Shown here: positions 20,590 through 30,966 of the stretch, piece after piece | How the letters are laid out: each line of letters starts with the position of its first letter | How positions within the stretch are numbered: position 1 is the first letter of the stretch | Source: Acidobacteriota bacterium | Lineage (GTDB): Bacteria; Acidobacteriota; UBA6911 | Assembly (NCBI GenBank): GCA_963664705.1 | Contig: OY761556.1 | Span: 2,368,001 to 2,432,000 of the forward strand | Direction of reading: 5' to 3' | DNA: 64,000 bases | Position numbers and translations under genes: made by a program | The notes under the pieces: model-generated | Told to the model about the DNA's origin: nothing | Databases searched by the model: none | Seen by the model: only the letters and a program-made list of their open reading frames with translations

Positions 20590-20623
20590 AACCAATGGAG
20601 ACTGCCTGCAGTCCCCATTGGTT
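20590..20623. repeat. 16-bp inverted repeat in the frr-dedA intergenic region
   Basis: AACCAATGGAGACTGC-CT-GCAGTCCCCATTGGTT, one mismatch that is a G-U pair on the minus strand. Confidence 0.7.
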
Positions 20624-20731
20624 ATATCAGCAAAAGCAACGGGTCTGGCGGAAAAGTCGTTTGGGGAGTTCCGGCACAAAACAAACGGCAATTCCTGCAT
20701 TTGGAGCCCCGCAAATCCAGACAAGGCGGGA

Positions 20732-21289
20732 TCAGATCTCGAGAATCTCAGCTTCCTTTTTCTTCTGCAGATCTTCGATTTTCGTGATATGCGCGTTGGT
20801 CATGTCCTGCACCTTCTTCAGCGCATCCTTCTCTTCGTCCTCGGAGATCTTCTTGTCCTTCAGATAAGCCTTTAATTGGTCGTTCGTGTCATGCCTGACC
20901 TGGCGGACGGCCACCTTATGCTGCTCGCTGATGTGTCCCACAGATTTTGCCAGCTGTTTGCGCCTGTCCTGCGTAAGCGGAGGGATGGGCAAACGTATAA
21001 CCTTTCCGTCATTGGTTGGATTCAACCCCAGATCGGAGGTCAGGATGGCTTTTTCGATGGCAGAAATAGTGGACGGGTCCCAGGGTTGGATGACGATTAC
21101 CGTTGGATCCGGCGCGGCCAGCGAAGCCATCTGATTCAGCGGAGTCGGAGTCCCATAATAATTCGCCTGAACGTGATCGAGGATGCTGACCGAGGCACGG
21201 CCGGTACGGATTGTCGCCAGATTCTGCTGCATATCACTTACACACTTTTCCATGCCTTTTTTGGTCGCATCCAACAACTGTCGGATCAT
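20732..21289 (-). CDS. frr: ribosome recycling factor
   Basis: IRTGRAS, SDLGLNPTNDG, PPLTQDRRKQL. Confidence 0.97.
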   Translation of the reverse strand: MIRQLLDATKKGMEKCVSDMQQNLATIRTGRASVSILDHVQANYYGTPTPLNQMASLAAPDPTVIVIQPWDPSTISAIEKAILTSDLGLNPTNDGKVIRLPIPPLTQDRRKQLAKSVGHISEQHKVAVRQVRHDTNDQLKAYLKDKKISEDEEKDALKKVQDMTNAHITKIEDLQKKKEAEILEI

Positions 21290-21306
21290 GATTCGTGCCT
21301 CCTTGT

Positions 21307-22041
21307 CTATGCGTGTATGACGGAACCCAACTTCGACCCCAGCACTACATCCTTTATGTTGCCACGTCGCAGAAGGTTGAAAATAATGATAGGCAGTTTG
21401 TTTTCCATGCAGAGCGTTATTGCGGTGGTATCCATGACTCGCAGGTCCTTTTCCAGGACCTCCCGATAGGTGATCGTTTCAAACATCTTGGCAGAAGGGT
21501 TCAGCATCGGATCGGAATCATACAAGCCATCGACCTTGGTGGCTTTCAGTATGGCTTCAGCCCCAATTTCCATGGCACGCAAAGCTGCGGCGGTATCGGT
21601 GGAAAAGTATGGATTGCCGGTCCCGGCGCCAAAAATGACAACGCGGCCCTTCTCGAGGTGACGGATTGCCCTTCTGCGGATGAAGGGTTCGGCCACCTCT
21701 TTCATTTCAATCGCCGATTGGACGCGTGTGTGCACGCCCAGTTTCTCCAGGGCGTTCTGCAACGCAAGGGCATTGATGACCGTGGCGAGCATGCCCATGT
21801 AATCGCCGCTGACCCTGTCCATTCCGGCAGCGCTGACGGAAATACCGCGAACGATATTCCCCCCCCCTACAGTCGCAGCGACCTGGACTCCAATCGCGTG
21901 CAGTTCGGCAATTTCCTCCGCTATACGGGCTGCCATTGCCGGATCTACGCCGAAACGCTGCCCACCCATCAGGGCTTCACCGCTCAATTTGAGCAGCACG
22001 CGCTGGAACCGAGGTTTTACTTCCGGGCGATTCTCTTCCAT
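21307..22041 (-). CDS. pyrH: UMP kinase
   Basis: [28 protein letters not shown]. Confidence 0.97.
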   Translation of the reverse strand: MEENRPEVKPRFQRVLLKLSGEALMGGQRFGVDPAMAARIAEEIAELHAIGVQVAATVGGGNIVRGISVSAAGMDRVSGDYMGMLATVINALALQNALEKLGVHTRVQSAIEMKEVAEPFIRRRAIRHLEKGRVVIFGAGTGNPYFSTDTAAALRAMEIGAEAILKATKVDGLYDSDPMLNPSAKMFETITYREVLEKDLRVMDTTAITLCMENKLPIIIFNLLRRGNIKDVVLGSKLGSVIHA

Positions 22042-22107
22042 CGGCCTCCTCCCGAGAGTACGGTGAAGGATTGATGATTCAGAACTACAGTATGCGCGTT
22101 GGCAACG

Positions 22108-22698
22108 CTATTCGCCCAGCTTGTAGCGAACAAACCGGCGAACCTGGATATTCTCGCCGATTTTTTGGATATGAGCCACGATGAGGGCGCCAACTGTTGT
22201 GCTGGCATCCTTTACAAATGGCTGTTCCAGAAGACAGGCTTCAGTGTAGTACTTGGACATCCGGCCTTCAACAATTTTGTCCAGCACGTTCTCGGGCTTT
22301 CCAGTCGCCCTGGCCTGTTCTTTATAGATTTCGCGCTCGCTGGCCAGCACATCTTCCGTTACATCTTCCTTGCGGATGAAGCGCGGATCGCTCGCAGCTA
22401 TATGCATGGCAATGTCGTGTACCAATACCTGGAAATCCGGATTTCTGGCTACAAAGTCCGATTCGCAATTCACTTCGACCATAACGCCGATTTTGCCATT
22501 GTGGATATAGGATCCAATCAATCCATCCTTTGTTTCACGACCTGACTTTTTGGCCGCAGATGCCAGACCACGTTTACGAAGGACCGTGACCGCAGCATCA
22601 ATGTCACCATTGGCTTCCTGAAGCGCTGCCTTGCACTCCATCATACCGACGCCGGTTTTCTCTCTGAGTTCCTTTACCATTTGCGGGGTAATGGCCAT
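22108..22698 (-). CDS. tsf: elongation factor Ts (short form)
   Basis: VKELREKTGVGMMECKAAL, EVNCESDFVA. Confidence 0.97.
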   Translation of the reverse strand: MAITPQMVKELREKTGVGMMECKAALQEANGDIDAAVTVLRKRGLASAAKKSGRETKDGLIGSYIHNGKIGVMVEVNCESDFVARNPDFQVLVHDIAMHIAASDPRFIRKEDVTEDVLASEREIYKEQARATGKPENVLDKIVEGRMSKYYTEACLLEQPFVKDASTTVGALIVAHIQKIGENIQVRRFVRYKLGE

Positions 22699-22772
22699 AA
22701 CATGCCTCCTAAAATTCTGTTCTCCGCATGCAGACTCGTGCGCGTGTTAGCCGCACATCGGTCCAAAATACT

Positions 22773-22801
22773 CCGAAACCCCGGGTTATCCGGGGTTTCG
22801 G
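22773..22801. terminator. perfect 12-bp hairpin between rpsB and tsf (attenuator or stability element)
   Basis: CCGAAACCCCGG-GTTAT-CCGGGGTTTCGG. Confidence 0.6.
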
Positions 22802-22839
22802 TAATTGTAGGGTGGAAAAGTTTGAAGCGAGACGACGCT

Positions 22840-23865
22840 TTAGCTGCCGGATTGTTCGTCAGCCGGCTCTCCTCCCGGTGCAGGCGCGCTCGCAGCCTCA
22901 TCCACAGGAGCAGAGGAAGATTCCGCCGCCTCAGGCTTTCTAGGTGGCTTGGCCTTCCGTTGCAGCGTTTTGCGAACAGTGGTTTTGGGCCTGGAAGCAT
23001 CCGCAGATGCGCCTTCGACCGGAGCGACGGTTTCGGCCGGTTCTTTGCCCTCGGCCGCTTTTCGTGCTTCAGCGGCATTGGCAGCCGCTTTGGCAGCGGC
23101 TTCACGCGCCGCCGCAGCCTGCTGAGCCTGGACCTGTCGTTGCTTTTCCATCTGCTCGGCTTGTTCTTTCTGCTGAGCTTCGAAAACAGCCTTTCCTTCC
23201 AGGTAAGCCTGCGAAATCGTATCAGTAATCAGTCGAATGGCGCGAAGAGCGTCATCATTTCCCGGAATGATGTAATCAATCTCATCGGGATCACAATTCG
23301 TATCGGCAACACCAATCACCGGGATACCCAGCTTGACGGCCTCTTTGATGGCAATCGTCTCAAGCCTTGTGTCAATGACAAAAAGGGCATCCGGCAATCC
23401 ATTCATTTCCTTGATACCGGACAGGTTCTTCTCGAGCTTTTTGCGTTCGCGCTCGTAGCGGGCAACCTCTTTTTTGGAGAAGAGGTCATACTGTCCATTG
23501 GCTCGCATTGATTCGAGTTCACGAAACCGCTTGAGGCTCTTCTGAATGGTGACGAAGTTCGTAAGCAGCCCACCCAGCCAGCGCTGGTTCACATAAAACA
23601 TCTGCGTGCGCTGAGCCGCTTCCTGGATCGCGTCCTGAGCCTGCCGCTTTGTCCCCAGAAACAGAATCGTCTTCCCCTGGGCACCCATTTCATACATAAA
23701 CTGAATTGCATTTTTGAAAAGCCGCAGGCTCTTCTGCAAATCAATAATGTATATTCCGTTTCTTTGTCCGAAAATATATTCCTTCATTTTCGGATTCCAG
23801 CGTTTGGTCTGATGGCCGAAATGAACACCGGCCTCCAGCAATTGCTTCATGGTTATCGAAACCAA
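22840..23865 (-). CDS. rpsB: 30S ribosomal protein S2 with Ala/Glu/Pro-rich C-terminal extension
   Basis: [35 protein letters not shown]. Confidence 0.97.
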   Translation of the reverse strand: MVSITMKQLLEAGVHFGHQTKRWNPKMKEYIFGQRNGIYIIDLQKSLRLFKNAIQFMYEMGAQGKTILFLGTKRQAQDAIQEAAQRTQMFYVNQRWLGGLLTNFVTIQKSLKRFRELESMRANGQYDLFSKKEVARYERERKKLEKNLSGIKEMNGLPDALFVIDTRLETIAIKEAVKLGIPVIGVADTNCDPDEIDYIIPGNDDALRAIRLITDTISQAYLEGKAVFEAQQKEQAEQMEKQRQVQAQQAAAAREAAAKAAANAAEARKAAEGKEPAETVAPVEGASADASRPKTTVRKTLQRKAKPPRKPEAAESSSAPVDEAASAPAPGGEPADEQSGS

Positions 23866-23882
23866 ATAGAACCTCCTCAGGT

Positions 23883-24275
23883 TTATCGCTTTGAGAATTG
23901 GAATCTCTTGCGAGCTCCCTTTTGACCATATTTCTTTCGTTCTTTAATGCGGGAGTCTCGGCTGAGCAGCCCTGCTCTCTTCAACCTGGGACGCAGTTCC
24001 GTATTGAACTGCAGGAGTGCATTCGCTATCCCAAGACGGATGGCCCCGGCCTGACCGGAGGTGCCGCCGCCATTCACGATAGCGCGGATGTCAAACTTGC
24101 CCAAGTTGTCAGTAACCGCCAACGGATAGCGGATGACAGTGCGCTGGGTTTCGTTCTTAAAGTACTCGGTCAAATCCCGCTTATTCACAATCACCTGGCC
24201 CGCGCCAGGCAATAAACGCACACGAGCCGTAGAACTTTTTCTTTTTCCCGTTCCGTAGTATTCGACGATTGCCAT
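23883..24275 (-). CDS. rpsI: 30S ribosomal protein S9
   Basis: [33 protein letters not shown]. Confidence 0.98.
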   Translation of the reverse strand: MAIVEYYGTGKRKSSTARVRLLPGAGQVIVNKRDLTEYFKNETQRTVIRYPLAVTDNLGKFDIRAIVNGGGTSGQAGAIRLGIANALLQFNTELRPRLKRAGLLSRDSRIKERKKYGQKGARKRFQFSKR

Positions 24276-24329
24276 TCAACTCCTTAGCTTGACACAGAGT
24301 GCAAAGATCATTCGGTTTTAAAGAATGTG

Positions 24330-24761
24330 CTACAGGGCCAACGGTTCCGGCCGCTGAGCTTGGTGCGGATGCTGGGAGCCCTGATACACCTTCAATTTCT
24401 TTCTCATGGCTCTGCCCAGCTTTGTTTTCGGAAGCATTCCAATTACCGCTTCCCGCACCAGTTTCCCTGGATCCTTTGAAAGCAGAACTCCTGCCGTTGT
24501 TTCCTTCAACCCCCCGGGGTAACCCGTATGGTGACGATATTTTTTATCCGTCAATTTCTTGCCGGTAAGCTTCACTTTGCCAGCATTTATAATGATGACA
24601 TGATCACCGGTGTCAAGAAAGGGGGTATAAATCGGCTTGTCCTTGCCCGTTATAAGGCGTGCCGCTCGGGTAGCAAGTCTCCCCAAGATTTGCCCCTCAG
24701 CGTCAATAACGTGCCAATTCTTCTGAATATCCTTCTCACGGGGGATAAAACTCTTCATCAC
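24330..24761 (-). CDS. rplM: 50S ribosomal protein L13
   Basis: WHVIDAEGQILGRLA, HTGYPGG, GMLPKTKLGR. Confidence 0.98.
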   Translation of the reverse strand: MMKSFIPREKDIQKNWHVIDAEGQILGRLATRAARLITGKDKPIYTPFLDTGDHVIIINAGKVKLTGKKLTDKKYRHHTGYPGGLKETTAGVLLSKDPGKLVREAVIGMLPKTKLGRAMRKKLKVYQGSQHPHQAQRPEPLAL

Positions 24762-24799
24762 TTTCTCCCTCAGTTAACTACTAAGCAGAACAATCCTTT

Positions 24800-24828
24800 A
24801 GGCTATCCAAGACGTGCGGATGTGTCAA
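24800..24828 (-). promoter_or_regulatory. sigma70-type promoter of rplM
   Basis: TTGACA-N17-TAGCCT on the minus strand. Confidence 0.65.
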
Positions 24829-25485
24829 GAAAGAATTGAGAAAATGAATACAAAACTTCCCTTCCGGAGCATTTGGAAGCCTGATTTTCCTCCACCCCGG
24901 CACGGTCGAACCTTCAGGAATCGCCTATGATACACGAAATTACAGAAAAACGGTAGTGGTTGTTGCAGCATCCGCAGGAATATTTCCGATCCGGCTGCCT
25001 TCGGGGATCTCCCCCGCCGCTCGCAAAAAAAATGGAAATTCAACCCCACTTTATTCAAATGATCGCACGCACCCCATTTTCCGTTCCTGAAACTAATCGA
25101 CCATGTTGCTCGGGGAATTTGAGAAATTACCGCTTTTTAAGATTGCCAGGCAAATTCCACAAATATCCGGAGCGTTTTTCTGAAATAAACCGTCTCCCTA
25201 CGAAACACTCCTATTAAAGGATGCGTTCACCCCAACCTTCCTTTCTTTACATGTCAACCAGCATGGAAATACCGCTATGTGCCCGGAAACCTTCGTATTC
25301 GTGATCTTTGTCACCAGTTCATTTGAGAAAAAACGCAACAGGTTGGAGGGTCGGAACGATAAGACTAGCAGGAAGATTGCTCCGGCGGGGCAATTCCTGA
25401 GGAAAACTATGAAGCTCACAAGAAACATTGTCAGGCATTCTCCTCAAAGCCCTTCGCACAAAATTCCATTGCGCGGCACACAATT

Positions 25486-26547
25486 ATGATAAGTGTCCTA
25501 AATAGAAATAAGCAGGCAGTTGCACTAGATATTGGCTCCAGCGCGGTGAAGTCCGCAGAACTCCGCCCGATTCGCGGAGGGGGCTTCGAACTGGTCAGCC
25601 TCGGCATGGAAGAACTTTCGCCCGATTGCGTTGTGGACGGCGTGATCATATCCAAATTACCTGTCTCCGACGCCATCAGCCGAATCTTCGACCAGCAAGG
25701 CATCAAGAATAACCGGATCAACACTTCAATCTCCGGGCATTCTGTCATCGTCAAAAAGATCGCACTTCCGGTCCAATCCGACGAAGACCTGGCCGAATCC
25801 ATTCGCTGGGAAGCGGAACAATACATTCCCTTCGATATTGCCGATGTAAATCTCGACTACCAGGTGCTGGGCGAAAATGCAGGCACCGGGAACCTCGACA
25901 TTCTGCTTGTGGCCGTAAAGAAGGACAAGATTACGGACTACACCAGCGTCATCAAAATGGCTGGAAAAACTCCAGTCCTCGTGGATGTCGATGCATTTGC
26001 ATTGCAGAATGCATACGAGGCCAACTATCAGCCCTCAAGCAGAAACACTGTCGCACTCCTGGACATCGGAGCCTCCACAATGACCATTAATATTGTGTGC
26101 GGCACCGATTTTCTTTTCACCCGGGATGTGAGCGTCGGCGGACATCAGTATACGGAATTCATCCAGAAGGAATTCAACCTGAATTATGCCCAAGCCCAGA
26201 GCTTGAAGCACGGCGAACCGGTGGAAAACATCGATCCGGCCGAAGCTCAACATGTCATCGAATCGGTGACCGAGATCATCTGTATGGAAATACAGAAGAC
26301 CTATGATTTCTTCAAAACCACGACGACGGTGGACCACATCGATCGCATGATCGTCAGTGGCGGGGCGGCGCATACTCCGGGACTCATCGAAGCGCTGACA
26401 AAGAAATTCGAAATCCCGGCGGAAAAATTCGATTCCTTCAAAAAAATCAAATTCGATCCGAAACGATTCCCAGCCTCAATGATCGCCGACCGCGCACCCG
26501 ATTTTGCGATCGCGATCGGTTTGGCACTTCGGAGTGCCGAGGAATAG
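25486..26547 (+). CDS. pilM: type IV pilus assembly protein PilM
   Basis: ALDIGSSAVK, WEAEQYIPF, LLDIGAS, VSGGAA (actin-like fold). Confidence 0.94.
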   Translation: MISVLNRNKQAVALDIGSSAVKSAELRPIRGGGFELVSLGMEELSPDCVVDGVIISKLPVSDAISRIFDQQGIKNNRINTSISGHSVIVKKIALPVQSDEDLAESIRWEAEQYIPFDIADVNLDYQVLGENAGTGNLDILLVAVKKDKITDYTSVIKMAGKTPVLVDVDAFALQNAYEANYQPSSRNTVALLDIGASTMTINIVCGTDFLFTRDVSVGGHQYTEFIQKEFNLNYAQAQSLKHGEPVENIDPAEAQHVIESVTEIICMEIQKTYDFFKTTTTVDHIDRMIVSGGAAHTPGLIEALTKKFEIPAEKFDSFKKIKFDPKRFPASMIADRAPDFAIAIGLALRSAEE

Positions 26548-26554
26548 AGCGGCT

Positions 26555-27118
26555 ATGATCAAAGTCAACCTGCTGAAAGATCAAGCTACCCGCACGCGAA
26601 AGAGTCTTGCAGGACCTAACGTGTCACGGGTAGGGTTGATATTCCTTGCGATTGCTGTGCTGGCTGTGGGCGTGATGGGCGCCTGGACATATTACATCGG
26701 CCAGCAGATCCAGACAGGAAAGGCACGGCGCGAGACCCTCCGGCGTGAGGAAGCGCGGCTGCAAGCCCTGAAAAAAGAGATCGCCCAGTTTGAAAAGCTC
26801 AAGCAATCACGCCAGAGCCGAATTGACGTTATTGAAAAGCTCAAGGCAAATCAGACCGGGCCAGTGCTTCTGCTGAACAAAATCATTCAAAGTATCCCGC
26901 GCGACGGAGCTCTCTGGCTTACCTCTCTGTCGCAAAAAACAGACACTGTCAAAATCGTCGGATTCACCCAACATCCGGGAGTAATTCCGGACTTTATGAG
27001 CAATCTTATGACCAGCGGGATTTTTCAAAGCGTCGATCTGGAGCTGATCGAAAACCAGAAAGACGCCTCCAAATTCTCGCTCATATGCATCGGCGGAAAG
27101 AAACCGCAGGCGGAGTAA
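26555..27118 (+). CDS. pilN: type IV pilus assembly protein PilN (start revised to ATG 26555)
   Basis: N-terminal IKVNLL PilM-binding motif, single TM, coiled coil. Confidence 0.88.
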   Translation: MIKVNLLKDQATRTRKSLAGPNVSRVGLIFLAIAVLAVGVMGAWTYYIGQQIQTGKARRETLRREEARLQALKKEIAQFEKLKQSRQSRIDVIEKLKANQTGPVLLLNKIIQSIPRDGALWLTSLSQKTDTVKIVGFTQHPGVIPDFMSNLMTSGIFQSVDLELIENQKDASKFSLICIGGKKPQAE

Positions 27119-27122
27119 CGGA

Positions 27123-27767
27123 ATGGCCATTAAAGACTATCGTTTCGAAAACCTGCCCCGCTCGATTCAGATCGCCGTTGTTACGGTGCTCGTCCTTTGT
27201 ATAGCGGTTGCATATTACGTGTATTACCTCAAGGACAACATCGCACAGCGTGACGCGATCCAGGCTGACATCGCAAAATTGGAGGTTTCGGTAGCTCAAG
27301 GCACGGCAATTGAAGGCCGGCTTCGTCGTTTCAGACAGGAGCTGGCGCAACTTGAAGAACGGCTCGCCGTTCTTCAAAACATATTGCCCGCCGAGAAGGA
27401 AACTCCAATCGTGCTGAGAAGCGTGCAGCAGATGGCAGCATCGAGCAATCTCACAATCAATAGATTCGCACCGCAGCCTGTTATCCCCCGTGCCTTCTAT
27501 TCGGACTGGCCGATTCAGATCGAGGTGGAAGGAAGCTATGACGGCCTCGGCACCTTCTTCGAAAAGGTCAGTCAGGCAACAAGGATCATAAACGTGGATT
27601 CCATCTCAATCACAGGCATGGGTAAAGATCAGACTGCCGGGCACTCTCTCAACGCCAGCTACACGGCAACCACCTTCGTCTATAAAGAAGACAATGAGGC
27701 TTCCAGCCAGAAGCCGGAGCCGCAGCAGCCGAAGTCTAAAGGAAAGAGAGGAGGGACAAAACGTTGA
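27123..27767 (+). CDS. pilO: type IV pilus assembly protein PilO
   Basis: TM, coiled coil, LPAEKETP, PIQIEVEGSYDGLGTFF. Confidence 0.9.
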   Translation: MAIKDYRFENLPRSIQIAVVTVLVLCIAVAYYVYYLKDNIAQRDAIQADIAKLEVSVAQGTAIEGRLRRFRQELAQLEERLAVLQNILPAEKETPIVLRSVQQMAASSNLTINRFAPQPVIPRAFYSDWPIQIEVEGSYDGLGTFFEKVSQATRIINVDSISITGMGKDQTAGHSLNASYTATTFVYKEDNEASSQKPEPQQPKSKGKRGGTKR

Positions 27768-28309
27768 TTGCCATATCTTCACTAAAGACCTTCGCTCTCA
27801 GGATACCAAATCACCGTTGTCTCAAGCCGGCTATTGCGGCACACCTTCTTGTTGCAGCAATTACCCTTTGCCCGCTGGTTGCACAGGAAGCAAAGCCTGC
27901 ATTGGCCAGTGCGGCACAGAAGCCTAAAGCGGTGGAATCGCCCTTGAAAGTCAGCGGAGTCCACTATGTCTCCGGAAACCGTCGCGATCCATTCCTGCAC
28001 CCGGCGCCGGTCAAAATAACGGTCAAGCCTGAGGACGAAGAAGTGTCTCGGGGCGTCCCACCGCCCGGCATCGCAGGCACCTTCATTGAACAGGCTGTTC
28101 TGCAAGGAACTTCCGTCCGGGACGACAGGAAAATGGCTATCGTTCGCGGTGCAGACACGCGTGCCTATTTTCTCAAAGAAGGGGACCGGCTGTTCGACGG
28201 ATATCTGAAAACAATCGGAAATGATTCCATAACTCTAGTTCGCGAAACAAAGATGCGATCAGGGAAAACTATAACCCAGGAAGTGACTAAGCGGCTAAGG
28301 ACACCATAG
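27764..28309 (+). CDS. PilP-like protein
   Basis: RRDPF motif, YFLKEGDRL; position between pilO and pilQ; start uncertain. Confidence 0.7.
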   Translation: MIAISSLKTFALRIPNHRCLKPAIAAHLLVAAITLCPLVAQEAKPALASAAQKPKAVESPLKVSGVHYVSGNRRDPFLHPAPVKITVKPEDEEVSRGVPPPGIAGTFIEQAVLQGTSVRDDRKMAIVRGADTRAYFLKEGDRLFDGYLKTIGNDSITLVRETKMRSGKTITQEVTKRLRTP

Positions 28310-28310
28310 G

Positions 28311-30734
28311 ATGGCTGGTATGAAAATTCGATTTGCCAGAATAGGAAATCTTAAATCGATTGGTAGGAAGGGGGCCGCATTGGGAGCCCTTCTCTTTCTC
28401 CTGGCATTCGCTGCTTCTGCAAATATTCTTGCTGAAGAAACGCCGAACAGCACCAGGATAGCGCAACCACAATCCAATCCCGCATCGCTTCCCAAAGGCT
28501 CAACAGCAGGGAATGCAGCGAAAGAGGCTTCGGGGACGAAACCCTCCGAAACTCCCTCCGGGGCACTTACGGATCTGACGGTTACGCCTGAGGACGGTAA
28601 AGTCATCGTCACCGTCGCGACTGACAGGCTGATCACGCCGCAGGAGTTTCTTGTGGAAAATCCGGCCCGTCTCGTGCTCGATTTCCCCAATGCCCGGAAT
28701 AAGGTTACGTTTTCCCAATTACCGGTCAACGCCGGCTCGGTAAAGCGAATTCGGGTGCAGCAGTATCAGACAGCTCCTTCGCTCATCGCGCGTGTTGTGC
28801 TGGATCTTGAAGACGGATTCGGAACACACGAGGTGAATGCAGGAAAGGATTCGGTACGCCTTGTATTTTATAAGGGAAAGCCCAAGACGACTGCTCCTGC
28901 CCCTGCATCCGCAGCAGCGCCGACCGCAAAGCCGGCCGATCCCGTGAAGGCAAAGCCCGCGGTCACACCGGAACAGCCAGCAAGGAATTCCTTGATTCCG
29001 ACGGCATCCGCTGCCACCGTGGAAAAAGCCTCGACCAAGCCCTCAACCTTGCCGGCAAGCGATTCCAAACCGAAACAGACCGAGGCTAAGACTTCCCCAT
29101 TGGCGGTAACACCCGCCGCGGCTGCGGAGCCGGCTCCGGTACGGGTCGCTCCCGTGCGCGTCGAAGCGACAAAAACCGCAACTGTCAGGGAATCCAAACC
29201 TGTAGCCGCGGTCCCGGCGGTCTCGACACCAAGGCCGGCCGCAACGGCGACAGAGCAGAAAACAGCATCACCAAAAGCTGAGTTGACCCAGATGGCTGCC
29301 GTTGCAGGCCCCAGACCGGCAGCAGCACAGCCTCCTGCAGTGACACCATTGGTTGCCTCTCTGACGCCTGCCGCTATAGCCCGGCCAACAGCAGCTCCGT
29401 TTGGCAACTCTCGTTTTTCAGGGCAGCCCCTAACCCTGGATCTGATCGATATCCCCCTGGTCGATTTCTTCCGTTTGATGTCGGAGGAGGGCGGTATCAA
29501 CATCATCATGGATCCGGAGATCAAGGGCCGCGTTTCGATCAAAGTGGTCAAAGTGCCGTGGGACCAGATCTTCGACGCCGTGCTGACCAACAACTCTCTC
29601 GACAAACAGGTCGATGGAACGGTCGTGCGAATTGCCCGAAAGGCCACCCTGCAGGAAGAGGCCAAGCAGCAGGAATCCCTGAAAAAGGCAAACCTCCTCG
29701 CAGCGGATCTGGAAACACGCATCCGGCATCTGAACTATGCCAAGGCTAATTCGCTCATCAAAGCCCTGGAAGATCAGAAAACTGTACGCGGAACCATCGT
29801 GCTGGAAGAGCGCACCAATTCGTTGATTCTGACCGATCTCCCCAGCGCCATTACCCACATTATGGGACTGATCGATGCGCTGGATGTACCGCAACCGCAA
29901 GTGGAAATCGAAGCCCGCATTGTGTCCGCGACGCGCGATTTCGCCCGGGATATCGGAGTTCAGTTCGGTTTTGTGCAGGGTAACCTGCAGCGCGTTACCG
30001 TTGGCGGACCCAATACTTTTGGCACCATCGGCGGAACGCGGCCGAGTGCTACGCCCAGTTCCACCTATGCCGCCGGAAGCAGCACGGGCCGAGGCGCCTC
30101 GAATGACACGGCTTCCGAATCTGGTGCCGTCAGCACCGGAGCCACCGGAAACAATAAGGGCAATTACAACGTAAACCTTCCCTCGAGCTTGCCATACGGC
30201 GGACTCGGAATTTCGATAGGAAATATCTTCGATACATTCCTGCTGGATGCCGCCATTACGGCCGGCGAAAGCAAGGGTTTGGCAAAGCTGATCTCTCAGC
30301 CGAAGGTAACTGCGCAAAACAACAACCCGGCGGTTGTAACCCAGGGGTTGCGATTCCCGGTCCAGGTTGTTGCCAACAACACAATCGCGGTTCAGTTCCA
30401 GAATGCATCCTTGACCTTGACGGTGACGCCGCAGATCACATCCGAGGGCAATATTGTTCTGGATCTGAAGATCGAAAATAACACGCCTGATTTCGGAAAA
30501 CAGGTCAACGGCATTCCATCGATACGGACCAGCGAATCGACGACCAGGGTTCTGGTCAGCGACGGTGGCACCACTGTAATCGGCGGGATTCTGCTTGATG
30601 ACGAAGCCACAACGCAACAGAAGGTTCCCGGCCTGGGCGATCTGCCGCTTGTCGGGCATCTCTTCCGAAGAGACTCGGTATCCCGCAGCACTCAGGAAGT
30701 CCTGTTCTTCGTCACTCCGCGCGTGCTTAAGTAG
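28311..30734 (+). CDS. pilQ: type IV pilus secretin PilQ (AMIN domain, Pro/Ala linker, secretin domain)
   Basis: NPARLVLDF AMIN, VPWDQIFD, QVEIEARIV, VPGLGDLPLVGHLFR, FVTPRV. Confidence 0.93.
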   Translation: MAGMKIRFARIGNLKSIGRKGAALGALLFLLAFAASANILAEETPNSTRIAQPQSNPASLPKGSTAGNAAKEASGTKPSETPSGALTDLTVTPEDGKVIVTVATDRLITPQEFLVENPARLVLDFPNARNKVTFSQLPVNAGSVKRIRVQQYQTAPSLIARVVLDLEDGFGTHEVNAGKDSVRLVFYKGKPKTTAPAPASAAAPTAKPADPVKAKPAVTPEQPARNSLIPTASAATVEKASTKPSTLPASDSKPKQTEAKTSPLAVTPAAAAEPAPVRVAPVRVEATKTATVRESKPVAAVPAVSTPRPAATATEQKTASPKAELTQMAAVAGPRPAAAQPPAVTPLVASLTPAAIARPTAAPFGNSRFSGQPLTLDLIDIPLVDFFRLMSEEGGINIIMDPEIKGRVSIKVVKVPWDQIFDAVLTNNSLDKQVDGTVVRIARKATLQEEAKQQESLKKANLLAADLETRIRHLNYAKANSLIKALEDQKTVRGTIVLEERTNSLILTDLPSAITHIMGLIDALDVPQPQVEIEARIVSATRDFARDIGVQFGFVQGNLQRVTVGGPNTFGTIGGTRPSATPSSTYAAGSSTGRGASNDTASESGAVSTGATGNNKGNYNVNLPSSLPYGGLGISIGNIFDTFLLDAAITAGESKGLAKLISQPKVTAQNNNPAVVTQGLRFPVQVVANNTIAVQFQNASLTLTVTPQITSEGNIVLDLKIENNTPDFGKQVNGIPSIRTSESTTRVLVSDGGTTVIGGILLDDEATTQQKVPGLGDLPLVGHLFRRDSVSRSTQEVLFFVTPRVLK

Positions 30735-30742
30735 AAAATACC

Positions 30743-30780
30743 AGGGACAGGATGCAGGCCTTTGCATCCTGTCCCTTTTT
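30743..30780 (+). terminator. rho-independent terminator after pilQ
   Basis: AGGGACAGGATGCA-GGCCTT-TGCATCCTGTCCCT followed by T-tract. Confidence 0.85.
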
Positions 30781-30821
30781 CCTCTCCACTTCCCTCCCAA
30801 TCCCCTTCGTTTTCTAGCATT

Positions 30822-30850
30822 TTGACAACCCCTACCAATGATGCTAACAT
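30822..30850 (+). promoter_or_regulatory. sigma70-type promoter of accBC
   Basis: TTGACA-N17-TAACAT with extended -10 TG. Confidence 0.65.
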
Positions 30851-30966
30851 CCTTCCCCTTGCGTATGCCGATTTGTTCCGGCGACTGATTTACTCGGCTT
30901 TCGAGAGACATGAACACGTTATTTCATGATCCCGGGTCGAGATGGAATCGAGATAAGGATGCACGC

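Noticed and set aside
29430-30917. 495-aa minus-strand ORF
   Set aside because: Antisense shadow of pilQ; no motifs.
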